Assembly: GCF_009914755.1 (NCBI RefSeq)
Contig: NC_060929.1
Strand: one strand, 5' to 3'
Source of the DNA: the human T2T-CHM13v2.0 reference genome, Homo sapiens
DNA length: 64,000 nucleotides
Shown here in pieces: positions 20,656-34,317 of this stretch. How positions within the stretch are numbered: the stretch's first letter is position 1; each line of letters begins with the position of its first letter. The notes beneath the pieces are model-generated. The model was not told the origin of the DNA and did not search any database. It saw only the letters and a program-made list of their open reading frames with translations. The translations under genes were made by a program, and so were the position numbers.

Positions 20656-21911
20656 TCAGATTTGAAATGCATGCAAGAAATAAAATAGCCAAGGATAACG
20701 CCAAGGTTTTTGGCCTCAGCCATGGCCAAAATGAGAGGATGGAGTTGCCATCTAAGGAAATTAAGAAAACTATGGGATAAGTAGGTTTGGACAGTGGTAT
20801 TAGGAAATCAGTTTTGGACATACAGACATATAAAGTTTGAGATGGGCTGGGCATGGTGGCTCATGCCATTTAATTTCTGTAATCCTTTGGGAGGCCAAGG
20901 CAGGAGGATCACTTGAGCTCGGAGTTTGAGACCTGCCTGGGGAAGATAGCAAGACCTCATCTCTACTAAAAAAAAAAAAAAAAAAAAAAAAAGCTGTGCG
21001 TGGCAGCACATACCTGTAGTCCCAGCTACTTGGGAGGCTGAGGATCATTTGAGTCTGGGAGATCAAGGCTTCATTGAGCTATGATCAAACCACTGTATTC
21101 CAACCTAGGTGATGGAGTGAGACCCTGGCTCAAAAATAAGATAAAGTTTGAGATGCCTAGATGCCTATTGGCTATCTAAGTGGAAACATCAAGTAGGGAG
21201 CTGGATAAGTGAGCTGCAAATTCAGGGGAAAGGTTCAGGTTAGGGATATATACCTGGAGTTGTCAGCATATTTCAAGTCAAAAGACTGGCATCAATGGGT
21301 TAATGACAGCTATTAGTAGAAAAAGAAGTCCAAGGACAGAGCCCTGGGACACTTTAACAGAAATTTATAACTTCAGGCTGGAGTGCACTGCAAACTCCGC
21401 CTCTCGGGTTCAAGTGATTCTCCTACCTCAGCCTCTGGAGTAGCTGGGATTATAGGCATGTGCCACCACACCCAGCTAATTTTTTTTTTTTTTTTTTTTT
21501 GAGACAGAGTTTTGCTCTTGTCGCCCAGGCTGGGGTGCAATGGTGTGATCTTGGCTCACTGAAACCTCTGCCTACCAGGTTCAAGCGATTTTCCTGCCTC
21601 AGCCTCCCAAGTAGCTGGGACTACAGGCATGTACCACTATGCCCAGCTAACTTTGTATTTTTAAGGAGATGGGGTTTCACCATGTCTGGTCTCGAACTCC
21701 TGACCTCAGGTAATCTGCACACCTCTGCCTCCCAAAGTGCTGGGATTACAGGCATGAGCCACCACGCCTGGCCATAATTTTTGTATTTTTAGTAGAGATG
21801 GGGTTTCACCATGTTGTTCAGGCTGGTCTCGAACTCCCAACCTTGGGTGATCCACCCGCCTCGGCCTCCCAAAGTGCTGGGATTACAGGTGTGAGCCACC
21901 GCACCCAGCCA

Positions 21912-22702
21912 AAGTTTTTAACTTTTTTTGATCTCAAGACTCCTTTACACTATAAAAAATTTGAAGATCTCAAAGAACTCTTGCTTATGAAAGTTTTATC
22001 TATCAATATTTACTATAGGCCTGGCAGGGTGGCTCACACCTGTAATCTCAACACTTTGGGAGGCTGAGGCAGCAGGATCACTGAGGCTTGGAGTTCAAAA
22101 CCAGCTTGGTCAACAGAGTGAGACCCCTGTTTCTACAAAAGAAAAATTTAAAAATTAACCACACGTGGTGGTGTGCATCTGTAGTCCCAGCTACTGGGGA
22201 GGCTGAGGTGGAAGGATTGCTTGCACCTGGGAGATCAAGGCTACACTGAGCTATGATAGCACCACTGCACTCCAGCCTGGGCAACAGAGCAAGACCCTGT
22301 ATTAGAAATTAAAATAAACAATTTCAAAATATTTATTAATTCATTAAAAAATAACAATAGCAAGTCCATTACATCTTATCAATAAATAACATTTTTGAAA
22401 AGAAAAATAACCATGTTTTCTAAAACAAAAGAAAAATTCAGGGAGAACTGTTGTTGTTTTGCATTTTTACAAATCTCTATCTGACTTAATAAAAGATAGC
22501 TGGATTCTCATATGTGCTTTCACATTGCATGTGATGCCACATCATACATCATTTAGCCTGTGGAATACTCTACTGTACACCCGGGAGAAAATGAGCATAA
22601 AAAAGCAAATGATATTTTAGAATTATTGTGAAAATAGTTTTTACCACATTACTCCCTGAAAAGTTATCAGTGATGTCCAGACTATACTTTGAGAATCCCT
22701 GC
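21912..22702. mobile_element. MER113-like hAT-Charlie element interrupted by an Alu
   Basis: gatctcaagactcctttacact…tttatctatcaatatttact…ttagaaattaaaa…gcatttttacaaatctc…tagctggattctcatat…actttgagaatccctg. Confidence 0.6.
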
Positions 22703-23098
22703 TCTAACATTTAGAGGTTAGGAGGAATTAGAAGTCATCATCAATGGAGACTAAGAAGCTTAGCCAGGAAGGCTGGATGGAAATCAGGAAAGCCTGGTGC
22801 CCTGGAGGCCCAATGAAGAAAGTGTTTCAAGGAGGAGAGTGACCAAATGCTGCTGATTGTACAAGTCAACTGAGGAAGGACGGACCATTGGATTTTGCAA
22901 CGTGGAGGCCATCAGGGACCTTCATAAAAGCAGTTTTGGTGGAAAGGCGAATGCTAAAGCCAGACTGGAGATGAGTCACCACATAAAGGTCACTTCTCAG
23001 GTCTCCGAATCCCAGGGTAGTTAATTTACCCACAAACCTACATGTATCTCTCCCCTATCTTCACACTTGCCTTTCTTTTTTCCTGGTTTACGTGTGTG

Positions 23099-23100
<2 letters not shown>

Positions 23101-23133
<33 letters not shown>
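23101..23133 (+). repeat. (TG)n microsatellite
   Basis: ~16 uninterrupted TG units at an Alu tail. Confidence 0.92.
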
Positions 23134-23135
<2 letters not shown>

Positions 23136-23730
23136 TGACACAGGGTCTCAATCTGTTGCTCAGGCTGGAGTGCAGTGGTGCAATCTCGCCTCACATCAAA
23201 CTCCACCTCCCTGGCTCAAGTGATCCTCCCACCTCAGCCCTCTCCACATAGCTGGGACTACAGGTGCATGCCACCACACCCAGCTAATTTTTGTATCCTT
23301 TGTAAAGACAGGGTTTTGCCATGTTGTGCAGGCTGGTCTCCAACTCCTGAACGCAAACGATCCTCCGCCTCAGCCTCCCAGAATGCTGGAATTACCGGCA
23401 TGAGCCACCGTGCCCAGTCAGTTTACCTGTTTTAGTATCTGTCTTCATCATTACCTTTAAGTGGTGTGAAAACAGGGATCAAGTCAGTCTCAGTTTTTAT
23501 TCACTTCCTCAGCACACAGCAAGTGCCTGGGATATAGAGAATGCTCCAGCCTTCCCTGGTAAGCTTTTCACGATTTCTCAGGAGTAGGAAACTGACTCTC
23601 TTTAGGCACACTGCAAATCTCTCATATCTTCCTGTCACCTTACCCTTCTTTTCCCAAAACAAACCCTGTAATTTCATCTTCAGGGTCCCATGCTTAGAGA
23701 GATCCCATGCTGGCTGGGCGCAGTGGCTCA

Positions 23731-24158
<428 letters not shown>

Positions 24159-24227
24159 TTATGGAGCATAATCCTTTAACTCTGTCTCTTGTTACTTTAT
24201 CCAAATACTTTATTGACTGATTACTAT

Positions 24228-25543
24228 TGTGTTAGGCTGTTCTTGCACTGCTAAAAAGAAATACCTGAGACTGTGTAATTTATAAAGAAAAAACAGGCCG
24301 GGTGCGGTGGCTTATGCCTGTATCCCAGCACTTTGGGAGGCTGAGGCAGGCGGATCACCTGAGGTCAAGAGTTCGAGACCAGCCTGGCCAACACGGTAAA
24401 ACTCCGTCTCTACTGAAAATACAAAAATTAGCCGGGCGTGGTGGTGTGCACCTGTAATCCCAGCTACTTGGTAAGCTGAGGCAGGAGAATCGTTTGAATC
24501 CAGGAGGTAGAGGTTGCAGTCTGGGTGACAAAAGTGAAACTCCGTCACACACAGACACACACACACAAAAAAAAAAAAAAAGAAAAGAAAAAAGAAAAAA
24601 CGTTTAATTGGCTCATGGTTCTGCAGGCTGTATAAGCAAGGCCTGGGCATCTGCTCTACTTTCTGGAGAGGCCTCAGGGAACTTTTACTCATGGTGGAAG
24701 GTGAAGCTGGAGCAGGCACATTACATGCTGAAAGCAGGAGCAGGAGGGGGCTGAGGTGCCACATCTTTTTGTTTTTGAGACAGGGTCTCACTCCGTTGCC
24801 CAGGCTGGAGTGTAGTGGCACAATCATGGCTCACTGCAGCCTCAATCTCCCCAGGCTCAGGTGATCTTCCCACCTGAGCCCCCCAGGTAGCTGGGACTAC
24901 AGGCACACACCACCATGCCTGGCTTTTTTTTTTTTTTTGAGACAGACTTTTGCTTTTGTTGCCAAGGTTGGAGTGTAATGGCGTGATCTCGGCTCCACCT
25001 CTGCCTCCCAGGTTCAAATGATTCTCCTGCCTCAGCGTCCCGAGTAGCTGGGATTACAGGCACATGCCACCATGCCCTGCTAATTTTGTACTTTTAGTAG
25101 AGATGGGGTTTCACCATGTTGCCCCAGGCTGGTCTTGAACTCCTGACCTCAGATGATCTGCCCGCTTTGGCCTCCTGAAGTGCTGGGACTATAGGCGTGA
25201 GCCACGGTGCCCAGCCTGCTTGGCTAATTTTTTTGTATTTTTTTGTAGAGATGGGTTTTTACCATGTTGCCCAGGCTGGTCTCGAACTCCTGGGCTCAAG
25301 CTATCCGCCCACCTTGGCTTCTCAAAAGTGTTGGGATTACAGGTGTGAGCCACTGTGCCTGGCCGGTGCTACACTTTAAAACGACTACATTTCATGAGAA
25401 TTCCCTTAGTACCTGGAGGACAGCACCAAGCCATGAGGGATCCTCCTCTATTACCCAAATGCCTCCCACCAGCCCCACCTCCAACACTGGGGATTACATT
25501 TCAATGTGAGATTTGGGCAGGGACAAATATCCAAAATATATGA
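24228..25543 (-). mobile_element. MSTA-like MaLR LTR interrupted by Alus
   Basis: tgtgttaggctgttcttgc…aagaaatacctgagactg…tttaattggctcatggttctgcaggctgta…ccccacctccaacactggggattacatttcaatgtgagatttggg; imperfect 5-bp TSD actat/attat. Confidence 0.85.
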
Positions 25544-25560
25544 ATTATGTTCTGAGTTAG

Positions 25561-25863
<303 letters not shown>

Positions 25864-27246
25864 TAGACAAGGGTTCTATCATTTTGCCCAGGCTGGTCTC
25901 CTGAGCTCATGTGATCCACCCATCTTGGCCTCCCAAAGTGCTGGGATTACTTGTGTGAGCCACTGTGCCCATCCTCTTTTTCTTAAAGGTTGTTCTCTCC
26001 CCACTTCATGGTCCTATTGCCCTTTGTCAGCATCTGTTAACTAGCACAGGCCCACAGTACTTTGAATTACAGTGGGCACATTCACCCACAGATGTTCACT
26101 AGGCACTCCCTAGGGGATGGGCAATGTGCTGGGTGCTGCAGGAGATACAGCTCCTGCTTTCCAGAAGTTTATATTCCCTTGGGGGAGAGGGAGATGTGAG
26201 GAGTAGAGGGTAAACACGGTAAGGGCAGGTCTCCCTAGCACCCTGCTCTCTATTCAGCACAAGGCCAGCAGTGGACATCGTCGTCTTGCATTATTCAGGT
26301 TTATAGGCCAATACTGAAATCTATCTTATTCATCATCCCGTGAGCAGGGGAAACATCATTAGGGTTTTCTATACCAGGATGATAGTGAGCATGTAGTAGT
26401 TTTTGTTTTTTTGTGTTGTTTGTTTGCTTTGTAATTTTGTTTTCTTTTGTTTTTGGAGTATTCACTATGAAGATAAGAAAGGGTAAGAATAAAATGCCCC
26501 AAATGACCAGAGGAATAGAGATAGAAGTCAGGTCCCTCAAATTTGTTGGAGGAGGGGGACAAGCTGGGAGGGGGGACGTGCTGGGGGCGGGGCGGGAACA
26601 AGCCCAAAAAGGGACAGCTGCTGCGGTGCCTCTTTTGTGTTTGTAAATGTCCTCCCCGCAAGGTGGCTCTAGCCTGTAATCCCAGCACTTTGGGAGGCTG
26701 AGGAGGATTTCTTGAGCCCATGAGTTTGAGACCAGCCTGGCAACATAGTGAGACTCTGTGTCTGTAGTTCCAGCTACTCCGGAGGCTGAGGTGGGAGGGT
26801 CGGTTGTCCAGGGATTTGAGGCTGCAGTGGGCCGTGATCGCGACACTCCACCCCAGCCTGGGCGACAGAGGGAGACCCCGTCTTAAAAAAAAAAAAAAGT
26901 CCTTGATCAAGAGGGCTTCGGGTGTTTCCATCTGTGGAGTGAGGGGACGGGTTAGGTGAATTCTAGGGGCGCTTCCACCTCACATTATGAAAGGTCCTGA
27001 GAGTCAGATTCTAGTTCCACTGTGTCCCGAAGCTGTGGGGCCTTTCCTTAGCCTCCGCTTCTCCTTCTGTAAAGCCAGGTAGTTGGCCTAGATCACTTTT
27101 CCAGAAGACTGTGACTCCGGGACACCTGTGACACTCTTGAGGGGAGCGTGCCCAGTACCCCTGGTCGCGTCTCTGGGATTCCGCCGGGGTGGGGGCCCGC
27201 GCGAGGCCGCCCCTGAGCCTCACCTGTGCGCGGAGCGGTGACTCAC

Positions 27247-27500
27247 CTGCCCTCGCGCAGCCCTCTCCGCCCGCGGGCTGTTCCAGGAGTCACCGCTCCT
27301 CCTCCCTCTCAGGGGTCACTCCCGGCCTAAGCTCCCACTAGGGGCCGGGGAGGAAGGAATTCTGAGGTGGGCGGCGGGGAGGAAGAGGTCCCTCGGGGGT
27401 CCCGGTCCGGCGTTGCCAGACTCTCTTCGCGGTGGGGGCCTTCCCTTTCCCCAAAAGCGGAGGCCGGAACGGCCGGGAGGAGCGGGCGGGGCGGCGGCGG
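27247..27500 (-). ncRNA. Putative first exon of a divergent antisense lncRNA from the same promoter (start approximate)
   Basis: Consensus minus-strand donors CAG|GTGAGT (27247/27246) and CAG|GTGAGG (27224/27223) point away from CTNNA1 inside the CpG island. I recall an annotated CTNNA1 antisense RNA but cannot verify its exons here. Confidence 0.4.
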
Positions 27501-27611
27501 GAGGCGCCGGGAAGAGCGAGTCGGAGGGAGGTGCCAGGAAGGGCGGGCGGGGCCGGGACAGGGGCGGGGGCCGCGGGCGGGGGGCGGGCCGGGGGCGGGG
27601 GCGTGGGGCGG
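27484..27611 (+). promoter_or_regulatory. Sp/KLF GC-box cluster with G-quadruplex-compatible G-runs
   Basis: Repeated GGGCGG/GGGGCGGGG motifs (e.g. ggggcggggg ccgcgggcgg ggggcgggcc gggggcgggg gcgtggggcgg) directly upstream of the Inr-like element. Confidence 0.8.
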
Positions 27612-27614
27612 CCC

Positions 27615-27705
27615 ATTTCCTCCTCCTAGCCGGACTGGAGGGAGACAAAGCAGCGCCCGTCTGCTTCGGGCCTCTGGAATTTAGCGCTCGCCCAGCTAGC
27701 CGCAG
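27615..27705 (+). other. CTNNA1: CTNNA1 exon 1 (non-coding 5'UTR); start approximate
   Basis: An Inr-like CCATTTC (27613-27619) follows a GC-box cluster. The donor is CGCAG|GTAACT at 27705/27706. Joining to exon 2 gives ...CCGCAG-AAATG, matching my recollection of the CTNNA1 leader. There is no ATG in the exon. Confidence 0.85.
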
Positions 27706-30038
27706 GTAACTTCGTACCTCCCTCCTCGCGGGCGCGGTCTCTCGGGCCAGGCCGAGAGGGTCCTTGGGCCGGGCCGTCCCAAGCTGGGCCCCGCGAGCCG
27801 CGGGCGGGCGAGCGGGCGGGGCGCGGTTTCTTTGGCGACGTCGCCGGGAATTGGGCCCCGGGCGGGCGTGGGACCCGCGTCGGGCCGGCGGTCCCTTCCC
27901 CCGCAGGGCCCGAGTATGGGGCCCGGGCGGGCACGGCCGGCGCTTCCCAGCGCTCGGGAAGTCGGGGGGCCGCCTGGGCTGGGGAGGAGAAACTATAGGC
28001 CCAGCGCCGCCGCCGCGTTTCCTCTTGGAAAAGTTTTCTCGCGGTTTCCAAACTTTGTTACCGCGGCCTCGGCGCGCGCGGCAGCCCCGCGCCGGGCCCC
28101 TCGGCCGCCTTCCTTCCCTGGGGCGGCTTGTCTGGGAGCCGCTTTCCCGGGAAGTGATTGTCGTCCGGCTCCGAGGCGTTCCTGCCCCCTCCCCCTTCCC
28201 GGCCGCTGAGACTTCCCGATGGGGCGGCGGGGACGCGGGCTCGGCGAACCGGGAGGCTGGAGCCCGGGCTTCTCCCATACAGCTTCGCCGTAGGTGGGCC
28301 ACACCCGTGTGGACTTTTGGCGTGACCGTCCACTTGGACTCGGGGATTACTCAGCTTTCCTGGGTTTCTTGTCGGTTGGACGCACTTAGCTTTCAGCCCT
28401 AGTTTTCAGGAGTGGCATTAGAGAGGTTTTTTTTTTTTTTTAATTGTTGTTGACTTTTAAAGGAGCGTGTGTGTGCGTGCGAGTGTGAAGCACTTGTTGG
28501 AAAAAATGTTGCCTGAATGAATGCCTGACCTTTGCTTGGCAGCAGTGGCTTCCCAGTAATGCAGGCGGCGGTTGGCCCAGTTCCAAGGTTGACTCCCTCT
28601 TACGTCCTCTTGCATCTTGGTGACATTTTTTTGGTGCGTGTGTTTTGTACAGAATTTACAATTATTTGGAAAAGAGCGAGATATGTCAAGTCTACGACTA
28701 AATTCGGGGCATTTTATATTTATGATGAAGGAAATGCTTACATCATTGTTGGGACAGGATAGGCATTTTGTGGAGCGAATATTTGTGTTTAGTCAGCAGT
28801 GATTTTTAAATACTGGACAGGTGGGTGTTACTTTAAGGAACGGAATTTATAAATCGAATTAATTAGGATGTGTTATTTTGTTTTACAGGAAGAATGAAGA
28901 ATGAGTGTAGGAGTTACCTATAGTTTCTGCCTAATTATTTACCAATCTGGACTTTTGAACAAACATTTTTTTTAAAGACGGGGTCTCCGTCGCCCGGGCT
29001 GGAGCGCAGTGACACGATCATGACTCACTGCGGCTTCTGTCTCCTGGGCTCAAGTGATCCCCCCACCTCGGCTTCCGAAGTAGTTGGGACTACAGGCACG
29101 CGCCACCACATCCGTCTAATTTTTGTATTTTTGGTAGAGATGGTGTCTCGCTGTCTTGCCCAAGCTGGTCTCGAACTCCTGGGCTCAAGTGGTCCTCCTG
29201 CCTCAGCCTCCCAAAGTGTTGTGATTACAGGCCTGAGCCAGGGTGCCTGACCCCATCTGGATATTTATTCAGCGAAAGAATAATTTTTTAATCCACCTAA
29301 GAGCTCACAGTGTAATAGGGGAGACACACACCCCAGGTGTAGTACAGAGCGGACTGCAGTAAGTGCCTTAACAGTACTAATGAAACTATTGTCTGAGTCA
29401 AATCTTACCTAATAGTAACAACAAAAGAAACTTGTAGAGGCACGGAGAGGGGGCTAATAAGTTTTACTTGGGTAAGTCCAGAAAGGCTTTCAGGAGGTGG
29501 TGGCATTTGATCTGGATGAAACATGAGTCGAGTTTTTTTTAAGTGAAGGGAGAAAGTCATGAGAAGCATAAAAGGGCATAGGAGTTTGGGGAATTGTGAT
29601 ATCACTCTCCTGGTTTTCTTTTCCTTTTGACTCATCTCAGTTTCTTTCTTTTCCTCGCCCTCACTCTTTCCTCTCGTACCCAGGGTTCTTTCCAAAGTAT
29701 CTTTGTCCTCCACACCACTGATGTGGCATCACCTTCACTCCCATCAGTGATATCTCATTTCATATAGTGACTTAGAGATGAGAGGTACCCTCCTCCAAGA
29801 TGAGAATCACTGCTCTGTGCAGTCTCTTCTGTCATCAGCCTTATGTGCTAAAAGTCCAAGCCTTTGAGTGCAGGTGTGTCTCCTGACCCACATGGTCACC
29901 TGTGCATTGGGAAGCTTTTTGGGTGTCCCAGGCTTCTCAAACTCAAGGTGTCCAAAGTGGGACTCCTGTCTCTTCTGGAGACATGAACCAGATGTGGAGA
30001 TCCAGGGTAACTGCCCTGCCCGGGTTTTGGGATTTCCT

Positions 30039-30076
<38 letters not shown>

Positions 30077-32220
30077 ATGGAGTCTCCCTGTGTTGCCCAG
30101 GCTGGGGTTCAGTGAGGTGATCTCAGTTCACTGCAAACTCCACCTCCTGGGGATTCAAGCGATTCTCCTGTCTCAGCCTCCGGAGTAGCTGGGATTACTA
30201 AGTGCAAGCTACCACGCCCGGCTTATTTATTTATTTATTTATTTATTTATTTTGAGATAGTCTTGCTGTGTCTCCCAGGCTGGAGTGCAGTGGCATAATT
30301 GCGGCTCACTGCAACCCGTGCCTCCTGGGTTCAAGCAACTCTCCTGCCTCAACCTCAAGGAGCTGGGATTACAGGTGTGTGCCAACATGCCTGCCTAATT
30401 TTTTTGTATTTTTGATAGAGAGGGTTTCACCATGTTGGCCAGGCTGGTCTCAAACTCCTGACCTCGTGATCCACCTCGGCCTCCCAAAGTGCTGGGATTG
30501 CAGGCTTCAGCCACCGTGCCCAGCCTGATTTTTTAATTTTTAGCAGAGATGGGGTTTCATCATATTGGTGAGTCTGGTCTTTAACTCCTGACCTCAGGTG
30601 ATCCACTCGCCTCAGCCTCCTAAAGTGCTGGGATTACAGGTGTGAGCCACCGCACTTTCGGATTTCTTTGAGAACGTAACTCACTGTGGGGCATAACAGA
30701 CAGCCCTGATTGTTGGGGGTAGTGTTGTGTGCTGGTGAGAATATGGAGAGAAGGAACAGGGCCCTCTGCATTTGTAGAGGTCCTGAGACAGGAAAGACTC
30801 CGTGTGTTTAGAGACTTGAGAGAAGACTTGTATAGCTTGGGTACTTTTTCAGTGGGGAGAAGACCTCACATGAGATTGCCAGAGAAGGCAGAGGCCATGT
30901 TGGGGTTTTATTCTAGAGGTGTAAGAAGCCATTGTAGGGAGTTTCATGATTTGATTTCCTTTTTAAGACTCCTGCTAGTGCTTGGAGAAGGCTTGTGTTT
31001 GTGTGCATGTGGAAGCAGAGAGTTGAGCTAGGAAGATGGTGGAGTACGAGGTGGTAGGGATGAAGGGAGCTGTATTTTGGAGAAATGAGACAGGACTTAA
31101 ATATGGATTGGGGCTGGACAGGGAGGCTCATGCCTATAATCCTGTTTTTTTGGGAGGCTGAGTTGGGAGGATCACTTGAAGCTAGGAGTTCAAGACCAGC
31201 CTGAGCAACTTTATGAGACCCCGCCTCTAAAAAAAAAAAAATCAACCAGGCATGGTGACACGCTCTGTAGTCCCAGCTACTCAGGAGGCTGAGGTGGTAG
31301 GATTCATTGCTTGAGCTTGGGAGGTGGAGGTTGCAGTGAGCTCTGATCATGTCACACTGCAGCCTGGGTGACAGAGTGAGACCCTGTCTCAAACAAAAGA
31401 AAAAAAGGGAGGAAGGGAGGGAGGAAGGAAGGAGAAAGAAAGAAAACAGAATGGTGGTTGTTAGGGGCCAGGTGAAGGGGAATAGGGAGCTATTGTTATG
31501 GGTACAGAGTTCGGTTTGGGAAGATGAAAAAAGTTCTGGAAATGGATCGTGAATATATGTAATGCCGCTGAGGCATACAGTATTTAAAAACAGTTCAAGG
31601 CTGCTGTGAACTATGATCATGCCCCTGCACTCCAGCCTGGGCAACACAGTGAGACCCTGACTCAGAAAAAAAGAAAATGGACTGGATGTTGGGGGCCTAG
31701 GGTAAAGTTGCTTCCTCAGTGATTCCCTTCTACTCTCCCAACATAACCTTTCATGATGAGCTTTTAGTCATATCTTAAGACTCAGCACTTTCGTTTCTGG
31801 TAGCAAATTTTTTAGCACTGGGTGGTGCATTACATTATGCTGTACGTTATTATTGATGTACCTGTTTGCCTTTACTGCTAGGAAGGGAGCCTTGTAAGCT
31901 CCTTGAAGGCAGGAACTGAGAGTCTTAGTTCTTGTCTTGGTGCTTAGTACCTGGCATGGAGGGCAAATTAGATGCTTGTTGAGTGAAGGAGGAAAAAGTC
32001 TTTTCTGCCTGGAGTCTAGCTTGTGGATGGAATGATAACAGATGAGGCAACAGTCAGATTATGGAGGGCCTCCAATAACAAATTTGGGCAAACTGAGAAC
32101 CATCTACAGCCCATTCTTCTTCCTTGCCACCCAGATCTAATCACTGATGAAATCCTCTCCATGCAGTCCTCAGCTTATGTGTAATATATTCTTTTTTTCT
32201 CCTATTTCTTTTTTTTTTGA

Positions 32221-32735
<515 letters not shown>

Positions 32736-32869
32736 TAATTTTTGTATTTTTAGTAGAGATGGCATTTCACCATGTTGGCCAGGATAGTCTTGATCTCTTG
32801 ACCTCGTGATCTGCCCACCTCGGCCTCCCAAGGTGCTGGGATTACAGGTGTGAGCCACCACACCCGGCT

Positions 32870-34317
<1,448 letters not shown>

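Larger units (their letters stand above)
27100..28400. promoter_or_regulatory. CpG island / TATA-less CTNNA1 promoter
   Basis: Abrupt rise in GC and CpG density around exon 1 relative to CpG-depleted flanks; boundaries approximate. Confidence 0.93.

Noticed and set aside
27316-28402. Long ORFs (328, 212, 141, 125 aa) over the promoter
   Set aside because: They are Arg/Pro/Gly/Ala-rich, overlap on both strands and resemble no protein I recognise. Stop codons are expected to be rare in a CpG island.
30041-30076. Very long poly(T) runs (also ~34175-34204)
   Set aside because: They are tails of antisense Alus; length is variable and prone to sequencing error.
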